The notes under the pieces are model-generated. The model was given only the letters and a program-made list of their open reading frames with translations, had not been told where the DNA came from and did not search any database. Of a stretch of DNA of 27,100 bases, positions 1 to 8,633 are shown one piece after another. How positions within the stretch are numbered: the stretch's first letter is position 1; every line of letters begins with the position of its first letter. Source of the stretch: Terrimicrobiaceae bacterium (GTDB taxonomy: Bacteria; Verrucomicrobiota; Verrucomicrobiia; Chthoniobacterales; Terrimicrobiaceae); the NCBI GenBank assembly GCA_041752695.1, contig JBGSVZ010000091.1:1-27100 (forward strand), written 5' to 3'. The position numbers and the translations under genes were made by a program.

Positions 1-57
1 TTCCAGCGCCACTCGGGCTTTGAACTCCGGCTCGTGTCTTCTGCGTTTTCCTTTCAT
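1..57 (-). CDS. IS3-family transposase OrfA, N-terminal fragment
   Basis: ATG at 57 after AAGGA gives MKGKRRRHEPEFKARVALE, a typical HTH_Tnp_1 OrfA N-terminus. Confidence 0.85.
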   Translation of the reverse strand, partial: MKGKRRRHEPEFKARVALE

Positions 58-140
58 CGGCTTTTTCCTTGTATCCCTCCCTCCCGATTCCCGCAAAATC
101 TATAGCTTAACCACTGGTCCGATTTTTGGGGTCCACCTCA
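1..140 (-). mobile_element. IS3-family insertion sequence, left end (IRL plus start of orfA), truncated by window edge
   Basis: Minus strand begins TGAGGTGGACCCCAAAAATCGGACCA (TG terminus typical of IS3). Bases 6-140 are the exact reverse complement of 26966-27100. The boundary could be 141 because both copies share a flanking G. Confidence 0.9.
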
Positions 141-700
141 CACCAACCTACGCATTTCTCCAGTTTCGCGTCTTCAACAGATAAATCATTGGGATGGAGA
201 TAGCAGGTTGCGTTGAAGGACGACTGCCGCCCATGTTCGGTGATGTTGGAAGTGGCTTGCCAACCGGAGGGAGCCAGCACGACGGCTCCAATACGGCCAC
301 GATACATGAAGGCCAGAGCCGGGACATCTCCCATCTTGGAAGCCTCCTCGGGGGTTACAATATCGAGGTGGAGATGAACATTCGGCTCATTGTGCGCGCG
401 GGCTTCAGCAGCCGCAGAGTATCCAATAGTCGTAACGATCAATGCTATGTTCGCGCGGACGTCGGCGGCCATTCCAATGACCGCCTCGACATCCTTCACG
501 TCCACTTTTTTTGAATAACATTTACAGTCAACAATTGCGAGCATTTGCCTGCCCATCAGGGAAGAGCGCCCTGCAACGTCTACCTGACGCGGAACTTTCG
601 AAAACCGGCCGTCGATTTTCGCATCAGCTTGGATTTGATTTGCAGAGAAACGGCTTCTTAGAAGCTCAAAAACTTCACGTTCGTAGTCATGCCAATCCAT
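141..700 (-). pseudogene. Mrr-like (PD-(D/E)xK) restriction endonuclease, 3' end interrupted by IS3
   Basis: MDWHDYEREVFELL...RQVDV...IVDCKCYSKKVDVKDVEAVIGMAADVRANIALIVTTIGYSAAA is Mrr_cat-like. The frame runs into IS sequence (EVDPKNRTSG*, stop at 107). The catalytic domain appears complete. Confidence 0.75.
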
Positions 701-759
701 AAAATAGCTGTAATAAAATCCCCATCCGGCGGCAATCACATAGACGACCCAAAATACAA

Positions 760-1599
760 TCACCGACAATTCAACGTGCTCCTGCACCGTGGATAGTTGC
801 GGCATCCCCAGAATCCCCCATTCTTGCCGTTCCTCCGCACCAATTTGATTTCGCAGCCAGGACAAGTGGGCGTGGTGTAGTCGCCTGATGTGACTTCCGC
901 CAGGAGGGCATCCCTTTTCATCATGGGCAAGTCGTTGAGCCTCACTACCAACTCCTCCCCCGTCACCAATACCATGGGCTTGTACTTTGCCCATTCCCTC
1001 GCCTCCTGGGTGTATCCCCCGCAGCACACGAAATATCCCTGCTTGACGCCCTCTGCGGCCATCACCCCGAACAATTCACGGACAGGCTTCACCCCAACAG
1101 AGGAAGTCCATGTCTTGCACTGGACGATCCCGACGACGGGACCATCAGGTTCCTGCCTCAGGACAAGATCCACCCCACCGTCTGCCCCTGCCCTGATACG
1201 GCTGGCGATGAATCCCTCACGGTTGAAAAGTCCTTCGACGAGGATCTCGAACCGTCTCCATTCGAGGGAACGGACCAGGGAGAGGGTGAATTGCTCCGGG
1301 AGTGGTTCTGCGGTTCCCGGTCCCGGGGGATTGTCTCCCGAGTCCACCCAGCGCGGTTCGTAGGTCACCACAGGCAGGATTTTCGGTCCGGATGACACCT
1401 TGGACCTGATGATGAGGTATACAACCAACGCGATGGCCCCCACCCCGAGCGCGATGGAAAAGATCCCGACGACAATTTCCACCATCATTCCCGGAACTTT
1501 CTGGAAATCACCTTTCACCATCCAGAACGCCAGGAGAGCCACCAGGATCAACGCGAGTTTGAAAACGTCGGTGGAGGTGTCTTTTTTGCGTCTGGCCAT
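760..1599 (-). CDS. Membrane-anchored Mrr-family restriction endonuclease with C-terminal topoisomerase-type C4 zinc ribbon
   Basis: Two N-terminal hydrophobic helices; LEWRRFEILV, GADGGVDL, IVQCK, VGVKPVREL; C-terminal CPGC...FWGCRNYPRC. Start taken at ATG 1599 (MARRKK). Confidence 0.88.
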   Translation of the reverse strand: MARRKKDTSTDVFKLALILVALLAFWMVKGDFQKVPGMMVEIVVGIFSIALGVGAIALVVYLIIRSKVSSGPKILPVVTYEPRWVDSGDNPPGPGTAEPLPEQFTLSLVRSLEWRRFEILVEGLFNREGFIASRIRAGADGGVDLVLRQEPDGPVVGIVQCKTWTSSVGVKPVRELFGVMAAEGVKQGYFVCCGGYTQEAREWAKYKPMVLVTGEELVVRLNDLPMMKRDALLAEVTSGDYTTPTCPGCEIKLVRRNGKNGGFWGCRNYPRCRSTLNCR

Positions 1600-1733
1600 G
1601 AAGGGGAGACATTCAGTCCAAACGGTTTTCTGGGGCAATCATGAAACCATCCAGAAAGCCCCTCCATGTCACAAATCCGTTGTGGTGAATAATCCTTCCC
1701 AGTTCAATACGCAATCCGCTACCCCTACATTCA

Positions 1734-2510
1734 ATGGCGCGTTTAACCGTCTACGTAATCACCTCCATTGTCGCAATCCTGACCATAGTTTGGGGGGCTT
1801 GGCAGATTTCCAAGTTTCGAGTCGAGGAATTGCCGCCTCCGAACCCTTTGGCCCAAATTCTTCAAAACCGGTTCGACGAGTCAGTAGCAGCCGTGTCACA
1901 GGATTTTGCTGACCAAATCCTCCCGACTGTTCAGGAAACAAAAAACGATCTTCCAAACGCACGTTCGGCTTTTCGGAAATTGACCGAGTTGATTCTCTTG
2001 GACTTCGACACGTATTTGAGTCGCTTTTCAGGCGATCAAGTTGCCCGCTCAGCCGATTTCACGCAGCAAATTCGAAAAGCATTTGAGGACACCTATGGCC
2101 GTGTCTTACAGCCCGCCCAAGATCTTTTTGAGGAAGAAAAGCAACATCTAGTTGAGGTTCTCCTGCTCTCCCCCCCTACAAATTCGGTCGCTCCCGTCAC
2201 CCTTGCCAGCACAACCACCGATTTGCTACTCAGAGATATTGATCGACAGGAGAACCTTGCCATCAACATAGCGTGCGATGCTGGCTCATGGGTTCCTTGG
2301 CTGGGACTCGCAGTGGATGGAGCCGAACTGACCGGGGTACGGTCGAACCTGATGTACGGTGATCAGTTGGATAACTTAACATCCGTAGCAGATCAACAGG
2401 CTCGCTCGGTTCTGAATAGAATTGAAACCTGGTCCCAACCTCGCCAAATCGAAATATTTTGCAGGACGCATTTCAACTTAGCACGCGCGATAAGCGCGTT
2501 TGAAGAGTGA
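1734..2510 (+). CDS. Hypothetical protein with N-terminal membrane anchor
   Basis: 258-aa ORF with hydrophobic N-terminus. Its stop overlaps the next start (GTGA, 2507-2510). Confidence 0.7.
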   Translation: MARLTVYVITSIVAILTIVWGAWQISKFRVEELPPPNPLAQILQNRFDESVAAVSQDFADQILPTVQETKNDLPNARSAFRKLTELILLDFDTYLSRFSGDQVARSADFTQQIRKAFEDTYGRVLQPAQDLFEEEKQHLVEVLLLSPPTNSVAPVTLASTTTDLLLRDIDRQENLAINIACDAGSWVPWLGLAVDGAELTGVRSNLMYGDQLDNLTSVADQQARSVLNRIETWSQPRQIEIFCRTHFNLARAISAFEE

Positions 2511-3442
2511 ACAGACTCGTCGCCCTTTTCCTGATTTTCTGCATTTCCTTTTTCGCTTGCTCTGATCTGGCAAGAAGCGGCTGGGGAACTTTGGCCGGAA
2601 AGACTGCACAAAAGTTGGCTCTGCAGAAACTTCGGCAAAGGCTCTCAATCGAGTGTGCCGAATTTCTCTTCAAAAAGGAAATTCAGAAAATTTCCAATCT
2701 CGGTGTCAAAAACATAGACGAACTTGCCTTCCTTGCTGGCCATTCGGCAAAGAAAGTCTCCGCGGAAATTGCAAGTAGTCCCAAGCTCTACAAAAAACTC
2801 GATTTCAACGCCTCGGCAGTCGCGTTCGGAATCAAACACGGGATCCCCGGACGCATTCTTTTAAAACACGTTCCTCTCAACGTTCTTAAAAATTCGAAAT
2901 GGCTCGATCTAGCGACCCCAGAAACCGTGAAGCAAGCCGCCAACCTATGCCAGCCCGGCGTTGCAGGATCTTGGAAAAAGCTGGCGACGAGTCTCAGAAC
3001 GAACGATTTTAATCGTGGGGAAAGGGATGTCTGCGAATATATTTTCAAGCGGGCTGTTGAGGTGGGCAAAATTCCGGAGTTGAAGGGTGGAACAATCCTC
3101 GAAGGGCATGGGACACTTGGACGTGGCGGAATCGACTTCATCTCAGTATCAAAAGAGGGCAAATTTCAGATCATCGAGTTTGGAACGAGTAAGAAACCGT
3201 ACACGGGCGAGATGAGTTGGACAAGGATCCGAGATCGCCTTTCGAAAGCAGACTTCCAGCCGGACACCCTCGGGTCGCTGGGCGTCGGACCAGAAAAGAG
3301 ACTACAGCTTCAGAAGGCACTGGAAAATGGAAACGACGAACAACTTTCTGCCTGCGTCCAGCGGATTGTAGCAGCTCCAGATTTTGCAAAGGCAAAACTC
3401 GTAGATGGACCTGGCGACATTCTCGCACTACAGCTGTATTGA
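2507..3442 (+). CDS. Hypothetical exported protein with C-terminal PD-(D/E)xK-like (toxin-nuclease-like) domain
   Basis: Signal/lipoprotein-like N-terminus MNRLVALFLIFCISFFAC; C-terminal E...GGIDFI...IIEFG...EMSWTRIRDRL. Confidence 0.6.
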   Translation: MNRLVALFLIFCISFFACSDLARSGWGTLAGKTAQKLALQKLRQRLSIECAEFLFKKEIQKISNLGVKNIDELAFLAGHSAKKVSAEIASSPKLYKKLDFNASAVAFGIKHGIPGRILLKHVPLNVLKNSKWLDLATPETVKQAANLCQPGVAGSWKKLATSLRTNDFNRGERDVCEYIFKRAVEVGKIPELKGGTILEGHGTLGRGGIDFISVSKEGKFQIIEFGTSKKPYTGEMSWTRIRDRLSKADFQPDTLGSLGVGPEKRLQLQKALENGNDEQLSACVQRIVAAPDFAKAKLVDGPGDILALQLY

Positions 3443-3505
3443 CCGATTGGCGTGGGCCGTATCCGATGAAGGCGTGAACCAATGCTTGAAGAGGTTCGGC
3501 ATGGA

Positions 3506-3985
3506 TCATCCATTCCTGAGGAAATTCGACTCGTCATCGAAAAACTCCTCACACCGCTGCCGCGTCATCCGTACCCCCGCGTCCCCAAATAACCAGTGCT
3601 TCAGCGACCGAAGGAACATCCGGTAGCCTTGCTTGTCGTACCCTTTCTGCCCACGGGGCACGCTCATGTCGATGTGACTGGCACGGAACGTTGGGGTAGA
3701 ACCTTCGTGAGGTGGACGGTCCTCTGGAACGAGGTCAAACCCGACAAATGTGCCGCCGCCGTAGCGGAACCGGTATTCGACCAAGAGCCGGTTGGGACCA
3801 GCCTGTGGGATACGAATGGAGGTGGACTTGGCATGGATGCGCTCGGCCTCGCGCTTGAGGTCATCGCCATATTGTCCAAAGATACCCTTCTCGTGAGCCC
3901 AAAAGAAAAAGTCGGGATCCTTGAACAGGACCTGGGGCAGCGTTTTCCCCTCGTAGGGGCTGAAATTCAAGGGTGTCCAGGGCAT
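3506..3985 (-). CDS. Hypothetical protein with DUF3820/ExoX-C-like N-terminal motif
   Basis: FSPYEGKTLPQVLFKDPDFFFW resembles the FGKYKG...DPxYxxW motif; 159-aa ORF with ATG start. Confidence 0.65.
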   Translation of the reverse strand: MPWTPLNFSPYEGKTLPQVLFKDPDFFFWAHEKGIFGQYGDDLKREAERIHAKSTSIRIPQAGPNRLLVEYRFRYGGGTFVGFDLVPEDRPPHEGSTPTFRASHIDMSVPRGQKGYDKQGYRMFLRSLKHWLFGDAGVRMTRQRCEEFFDDESNFLRNG

Positions 3986-4229
3986 GGTTCAATGTAGGTG
4001 GTAATTGTGGGGTGAAACATTACCCCGCCCTTCACGTTCAGAGTGATCAGCCGGGAGGCGTGAGACACGGCAATCAAGACTGGAGGGGACTTCTCAAATG
4101 AGCAGGGGACGCCGAGGAGAAGTCTGTCGCGGTATCAGACAAGAGAAATGCCCTGACGGATTAGCCCCACGAACGATATCCAGGGGCCACACCTCACCAG
4201 CAGACGGCCAACCCAGAAAGGCGTCACAG

Positions 4230-4445
4230 CTATTCTCCAGCAACCTTGAGAATGTTATCGGGAAATCGATACCCGCGTTGAATCAGCTTCCTCGACCTGC
4301 GTCTACGCTGCCTCACAGCGCACGGGGATCGGGCCATGAAATCGCTGAGGGAGTACGTGTTGTATCGTTGGTCGACCAAGTGAAGGAGTACGACATCTTC
4401 CTCGACCGTCCATCTTTTGTTGTATCTATTTGTGTATCGGATCAT
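4230..4445 (-). CDS. Small Myb/GcrA-like helix-turn-helix protein
   Basis: KRWTVEEDVVLL...MARSPCAVRQRR matches the WTxEEDxxL...RSxxAVxxR pattern; AT-rich upstream region. Confidence 0.6.
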   Translation of the reverse strand: MIRYTNRYNKRWTVEEDVVLLHLVDQRYNTYSLSDFMARSPCAVRQRRRRSRKLIQRGYRFPDNILKVAGE

Positions 4446-4915
4446 TCATAAAGTCTATTAGTTTTTAGTGGATGCCTAAAGTCAAAAATATCACATAGGA
4501 AATAATATCGCACTGCTGCCGTTGGTTTATGCTAATAGACAGCCCAGTAGAATACCTATCTTGTTGAAATGGAAATTTGGCCACCTTTCATCCAACTGCA
4601 TTCCAACGCATCCTTGATCCTTTATTTTTCGCTCGCCCTGTTCTGTGACTAGTTGGAGCCCAGGCAGCAGAAAATCAGCCCGACATACACACAAGCCCCT
4701 ACACGGTCATCCAGGCTCGAAGGGCAGGCATTCCCTTTCGCTCCTGACCAACAATCGCTGGACCAATCGCCCCCAAAACTTTTCCCGACGGGAGACAATC
4801 GAACAGAGGCTGTCCAGCGAAAGATCAACCAGAAATAGGGTTCCCCAAAATTTCGGATTGCTCAATGGTGTCACAGCATTCCCACTAGGGGCCTCCTACT
4901 CACAAGGACTCATCG

Positions 4916-4954
4916 AAAAAGAAAACAGGCCAGCCGTTGGTCCGACTGGCCTGT
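4916..4954 (-). terminator. Intrinsic terminator (minus strand)
   Basis: Minus strand reads ACAGGCCAGTCG-GACCAA-CGGCTGGCCTGT (12-bp stem with one G-U pair) followed by TTTCTTTTT. Confidence 0.75.
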
Positions 4955-5232
4955 CACGGTGACTGTTCGTGGTTAACGAACCGTTTTGTATTCCGCTGTT
5001 TCACGGTGATGACCCTGTTTGTGCCGACAACAGCCGCACTGTTGTAAGCGGACCAAAACCTTGAACCAGCAGTCTTTGAGAGGACAAAAAAACTGGAAAA
5101 TCGTCCAGCAAAAAGTTTTCAGACTCATTCTCACCATTTTGATGACCAACTATCTACGCTCACCAACGACGGCCATTTCCCCCGGTTCAAAAACTAAAAA
5201 CAGACAAACCTAACCTAATTTCCCCCTGCATC

Positions 5233-5269
5233 AGTAGGCGGCGGCGGTTATAATAAACCGCCGCCTACT
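5233..5269. repeat. GC-rich inverted repeat with AT-rich centre; candidate replication origin or terminator
   Basis: AGTAGGCGGCGG-CGGTTATAATAAA-CCGCCGCCTACT (12-bp perfect arms), 4 bp beyond the helicase stop. Confidence 0.6.
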
Positions 5270-5273
5270 ACTT

Positions 5274-6377
5274 CTATGATGCTTCGACCGTGGTGGCTTC
5301 TGCTGGCAAACTTACCATCACAGGCGACCTCCCCGAAAGGACCACCTCACCATCGCGATCAAGTTTTTCGACGACATCACGTACTTTATCCCGAGGATAC
5401 CGCCGGTCCTGAAACCTCCGGATCAACTGAGTCTTTGCAGCGGGCCCTTGAACCAGAATCTCCAGGATCTCGTCCGCAACCTGGTCGGAAGGAAATGGCC
5501 TGCTTTCCCTGGCGGTGGTACGAATGAAAGGGGCAATATCCGGGTTTGGCACGTAAAGCGGATAAATCCATTCCAAGACGACAGGTTCAATCGGCGCGAA
5601 GTTCCGCAATGTGAACTCCGCAATAAACCGCTGACCGTCTCCCTCCGCAGGAGTCAGGGTCACAATGCTGTCTGCGTCCCTCGCATAGACCCCACTGCCC
5701 GCGATCCGGTCAATACTGCTCTTGTTTGAAGCGTTCCCTTTCGCGAAATGCTGCCCAATGACAATGGCGGCACCGCTCCGATGAGCCAGACTCTCCAATT
5801 GCGCACATACCACCGTCACTTCCCGCGCGGTATTTTCATCCATCCCCGCCAGGAGCCGGTAGAGAGGATCGATGATCATCAGCTCGTACTCCTGGCCATG
5901 CCACAAAATGTGATTGGCCAATCGTTCCAGGTTCACCATTTGACCCCGCAAGGAAAGAATGTCGAGGTTCTCAAGTTGATCCCATTCGACCCCCTTACCC
6001 CCAGCCACACAATGCAAACGGTCATAGAGGAAGTTGACCTGCAATTCCAGATCGATGAGCAAAACCTTACCCTGTGTGCAATCCCGACCCAAGAACTGAC
6101 GCCCAGTCGCCACAGAGATTGCGAGGTCGTGAAACAACCACGTCTTCTTCGCCTTGGACGGGCCGCTGATGGTCATCTTGCTGCCGGTATGGAGCAAACC
6201 CTCGATGATTTCTTCGGGACGGCGGAAGCCCTGCAACGGCTCCAACACCGTCGCGTTGACGATCCTTGGCAGCCCTCCCGGCGGCACAGGCAAGGGTGTC
6301 CCCTCACCTGTGCCACCTTCCGCAGTCGGAGCTTCTCCAACAGCCAGCCTAAAGCTATTCAGTTCGGCCTCGGTCAT
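5274..6377 (-). CDS. AAA_25 / RSF1010 RepA-like SF4 replicative helicase
   Basis: Walker A GPSKAKKT, IDLEL, Walker B LMIIDPLY, QHFAKG, RIAGSGVYARDADS; possible C-terminal winged helix. ATGA overlap with the primase gene. Confidence 0.88.
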   Translation of the reverse strand: MTEAELNSFRLAVGEAPTAEGGTGEGTPLPVPPGGLPRIVNATVLEPLQGFRRPEEIIEGLLHTGSKMTISGPSKAKKTWLFHDLAISVATGRQFLGRDCTQGKVLLIDLELQVNFLYDRLHCVAGGKGVEWDQLENLDILSLRGQMVNLERLANHILWHGQEYELMIIDPLYRLLAGMDENTAREVTVVCAQLESLAHRSGAAIVIGQHFAKGNASNKSSIDRIAGSGVYARDADSIVTLTPAEGDGQRFIAEFTLRNFAPIEPVVLEWIYPLYVPNPDIAPFIRTTARESRPFPSDQVADEILEILVQGPAAKTQLIRRFQDRRYPRDKVRDVVEKLDRDGEVVLSGRSPVMVSLPAEATTVEAS

Positions 6378-8224
6378 GACTTGATGGCGGTCGAAGTTGG
6401 ATTCGGGTTCAGATAAACAAGGCGCTGAAGTCCTCCATCGAGCCCTCCAATTTTGCGGATAGCTCCTGGGAGCCGGGACAAACGGCTTGGATTCTTGTTA
6501 CTCTGGTCAATCCCGTAAGGCTTCAAGCTGGTCATGATTGCAGCAGCGGTGCGTTTGTAGGACTCCGCGTCTGGTGCATCGACCTTTATCAACGCATGGA
6601 CTCCCTGCTCCCCTTGCTGCCGGCTGGATCCTCCGGTGGTATAAACGACCGCCACCGGCAACGGGATTGCGGCAATCAACCCAACCATCAGGTGCTGCGG
6701 CAAAAAATCGCTTTCGATGAGAAGGAACCGAAAGGAGACGATATCTTCGTCTTTGAACGCGCCGTCGCGCCCCGACCCTTCAATCTTAACGGGGTTCGGG
6801 CGGAACCATGCTCCAGCATTTGAGGATCCGATCCCTCCCCTCGCAACCTCATTTTTCCACGCGCTGACGGTGCGGATCCTACCCCTGCCCACCGGTGACG
6901 CCTTGAAGAGATCGTCGTCCTGAAGAAACTGGACAATAACGTTGATGTTCTCTTCCTCGGCATAGTGGGTGCTGAGCAGAAGAATCAGCGCCTCGCCAGC
7001 ATCTTCAGGAATGGGCACTGGAGATTTTGCTGCAAGTTCCTCCAGCGACATTGAGCCGAACTTTTCGGCTGCTGCAATCTCTGGCGGGATCGCGGGAACC
7101 TTAACTTTGTTCTCGGGGGCAGGCGTATCCGCATTGAAGCCGTATTTCTCGCAAGCCCAACCGACGATTCCCTGGATCTCATAACGCGGAAGTGCAGGTT
7201 GGTAGGCCGACAAAATGATTTCGACATTTTCACGAGATACCCCAGCGCGAACCAATTCACAGCCGAACGACGGCAACTGGTTATGGCGCTCGCCCTCCGA
7301 GGCAACACGCGGAATCTTGAACGTTCCTGGGTTCTCCCAGTATTGTGGACTCCAGCCGAAAACAGGACGCTCGCTCTCACCCCCTGTGGGCGTGGTAACG
7401 ATACTGTTTTCAATTAACTCGACTTTCGCGGGGATCGTCGGCGCGGACTGCTCCTCGGGATCGGAATCGTCCTGATCGTCGGTATCGTGATTCCAAAACG
7501 CGTCGGGAAGACGGTCATCAAGGAGACTATAAACAGCCCCCTCTCCCGCTACGCCCATCAAAGCTTCAGTCTCCCGCCAGAACGGCTTCCAGATGGCATC
7601 GAAGCGACACTCAAGCGAAACACTGCTGTTGCTATCCTCGACACTCGCTTCGCGCTCGGGAGCGTTTCTCGACGCTGCCGGTGTGGGTGCCGGGAGCGTG
7701 AGAGCAGGTGTTCCTGTTACTGGAGCAACCGGTTTGAATGTGAGCCTCTGTGGAGCGTTGGCCAGGTTCTTGGCCACGTCAGGAAGTCCCAGCTCTTTGT
7801 CGACGAAACGTTTCACAACAAGCGCGGTCACCGTTCCTGACCCGATCCTACCAATAATGGCTTTCCAGACGCCCAAACGCTTCTCCTGCGGCAGGCGAGC
7901 CAACTCGCGACACTGCCCCTCATTCAAGGGAAGAACCTTCTCCCCCGCCTCCTGAAGGAATTCGTAAAGCTTCGCAGCAGTAATGAGCTGGTAGACCCGA
8001 GCAGGCGACTTTCCCCAGTATTCCCTGATGTAATCGTCCGCAGTCGAGTACCGCTGATGGGCGCGGTAAAGGCGATTTTCTAAAATGACATGGAACGCGA
8101 GGAACTTACGGACGAACGAAAGTTCTTCTGTCCGGATAATTTCCTCTTGAGCCGCCAAGTCGACAATTGTGGACTTGGTTACGGTCCGCCCCACCGGGAT
8201 GATTTCGAGCTGTGCAGTGCTCAT
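6374..8224 (-). CDS. Multidomain primase (helical N-terminal domain, PriCT-like region, RepB-type/AEP primase domain)
   Basis: EGERHNQL (PriCT-1-like); WFRPNP, FRFLLIESD, VYTTGG..GVHALIKVDA, IDQSNKNPSRLSRLPG as in phage RepB-type primases. Strong SD AAGGAGGT upstream. Confidence 0.8.
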   Translation of the reverse strand: MSTAQLEIIPVGRTVTKSTIVDLAAQEEIIRTEELSFVRKFLAFHVILENRLYRAHQRYSTADDYIREYWGKSPARVYQLITAAKLYEFLQEAGEKVLPLNEGQCRELARLPQEKRLGVWKAIIGRIGSGTVTALVVKRFVDKELGLPDVAKNLANAPQRLTFKPVAPVTGTPALTLPAPTPAASRNAPEREASVEDSNSSVSLECRFDAIWKPFWRETEALMGVAGEGAVYSLLDDRLPDAFWNHDTDDQDDSDPEEQSAPTIPAKVELIENSIVTTPTGGESERPVFGWSPQYWENPGTFKIPRVASEGERHNQLPSFGCELVRAGVSRENVEIILSAYQPALPRYEIQGIVGWACEKYGFNADTPAPENKVKVPAIPPEIAAAEKFGSMSLEELAAKSPVPIPEDAGEALILLLSTHYAEEENINVIVQFLQDDDLFKASPVGRGRIRTVSAWKNEVARGGIGSSNAGAWFRPNPVKIEGSGRDGAFKDEDIVSFRFLLIESDFLPQHLMVGLIAAIPLPVAVVYTTGGSSRQQGEQGVHALIKVDAPDAESYKRTAAAIMTSLKPYGIDQSNKNPSRLSRLPGAIRKIGGLDGGLQRLVYLNPNPTSTAIKS

Positions 8225-8613
8225 TATTGCACCTCCTTCGTTTCGACGTTGCTCACGTAGGCAGGAAATTCCTCCCGCCAGCCTCCACAGCTCAGCGCGA
8301 GACGAGGGTCGAGGTTTCCCTTGAAAAACACTGGTATCCCTTCCAGAACGCCGAGGAGCCTTTTAAGTGTCTCCTCCTCTGGTTGGTAGACCTCCTTGCC
8401 ATTGGTGGCGGCCCCGATGATGTCCCAGACTTCAACAATAGGCGGAACTCCCTGAGGAGGGGCCTGTTTTGCATATACATTTCCAGGCAATCCCCCGCCG
8501 TCGTCCGTCTCTCCGGAAGCGGAGGGGCGGTACTGCGACTGGGATTTTACTGGCGATTTACGGTCATGCTGTCCACGGTGTGGGCGACATTCCGTTATGG
8601 TTTTGTTTTTCAT
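8224..8613 (-). CDS. Hypothetical protein, first gene of the replication operon
   Basis: 129-aa ORF whose TAA overlaps the primase ATG (TAATG). Start uncertain. Confidence 0.5.
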   Translation of the reverse strand: MKNKTITECRPHRGQHDRKSPVKSQSQYRPSASGETDDGGGLPGNVYAKQAPPQGVPPIVEVWDIIGAATNGKEVYQPEEETLKRLLGVLEGIPVFFKGNLDPRLALSCGGWREEFPAYVSNVETKEVQ

Positions 8614-8618
8614 AACGG
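8592..8618. promoter_or_regulatory. Candidate operator (8-bp inverted repeat)
   Basis: CCGTTATG-N11-CATAACGG at the divergence point between the repressor and the replication operon. Confidence 0.5.
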
Positions 8619-8633
8619 TTGTGCATTCTTACC

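Noticed and set aside
701..1027. N-terminal extension of ORF 107..1027
   Set aside because: It overlaps the upstream Mrr gene in another frame; the recognisable domain starts at ATG 700.
4645..5213. Plus-strand ORFs 4645..4962, 4653..4838 and 5019..5213
   Set aside because: Non-ATG starts, no motifs, and some overlap the palindromic region.
4446..5273. CRISPR array or regular iteron array
   Set aside because: No regularly spaced repeats were found, only isolated palindromes and one 9-bp duplicate.
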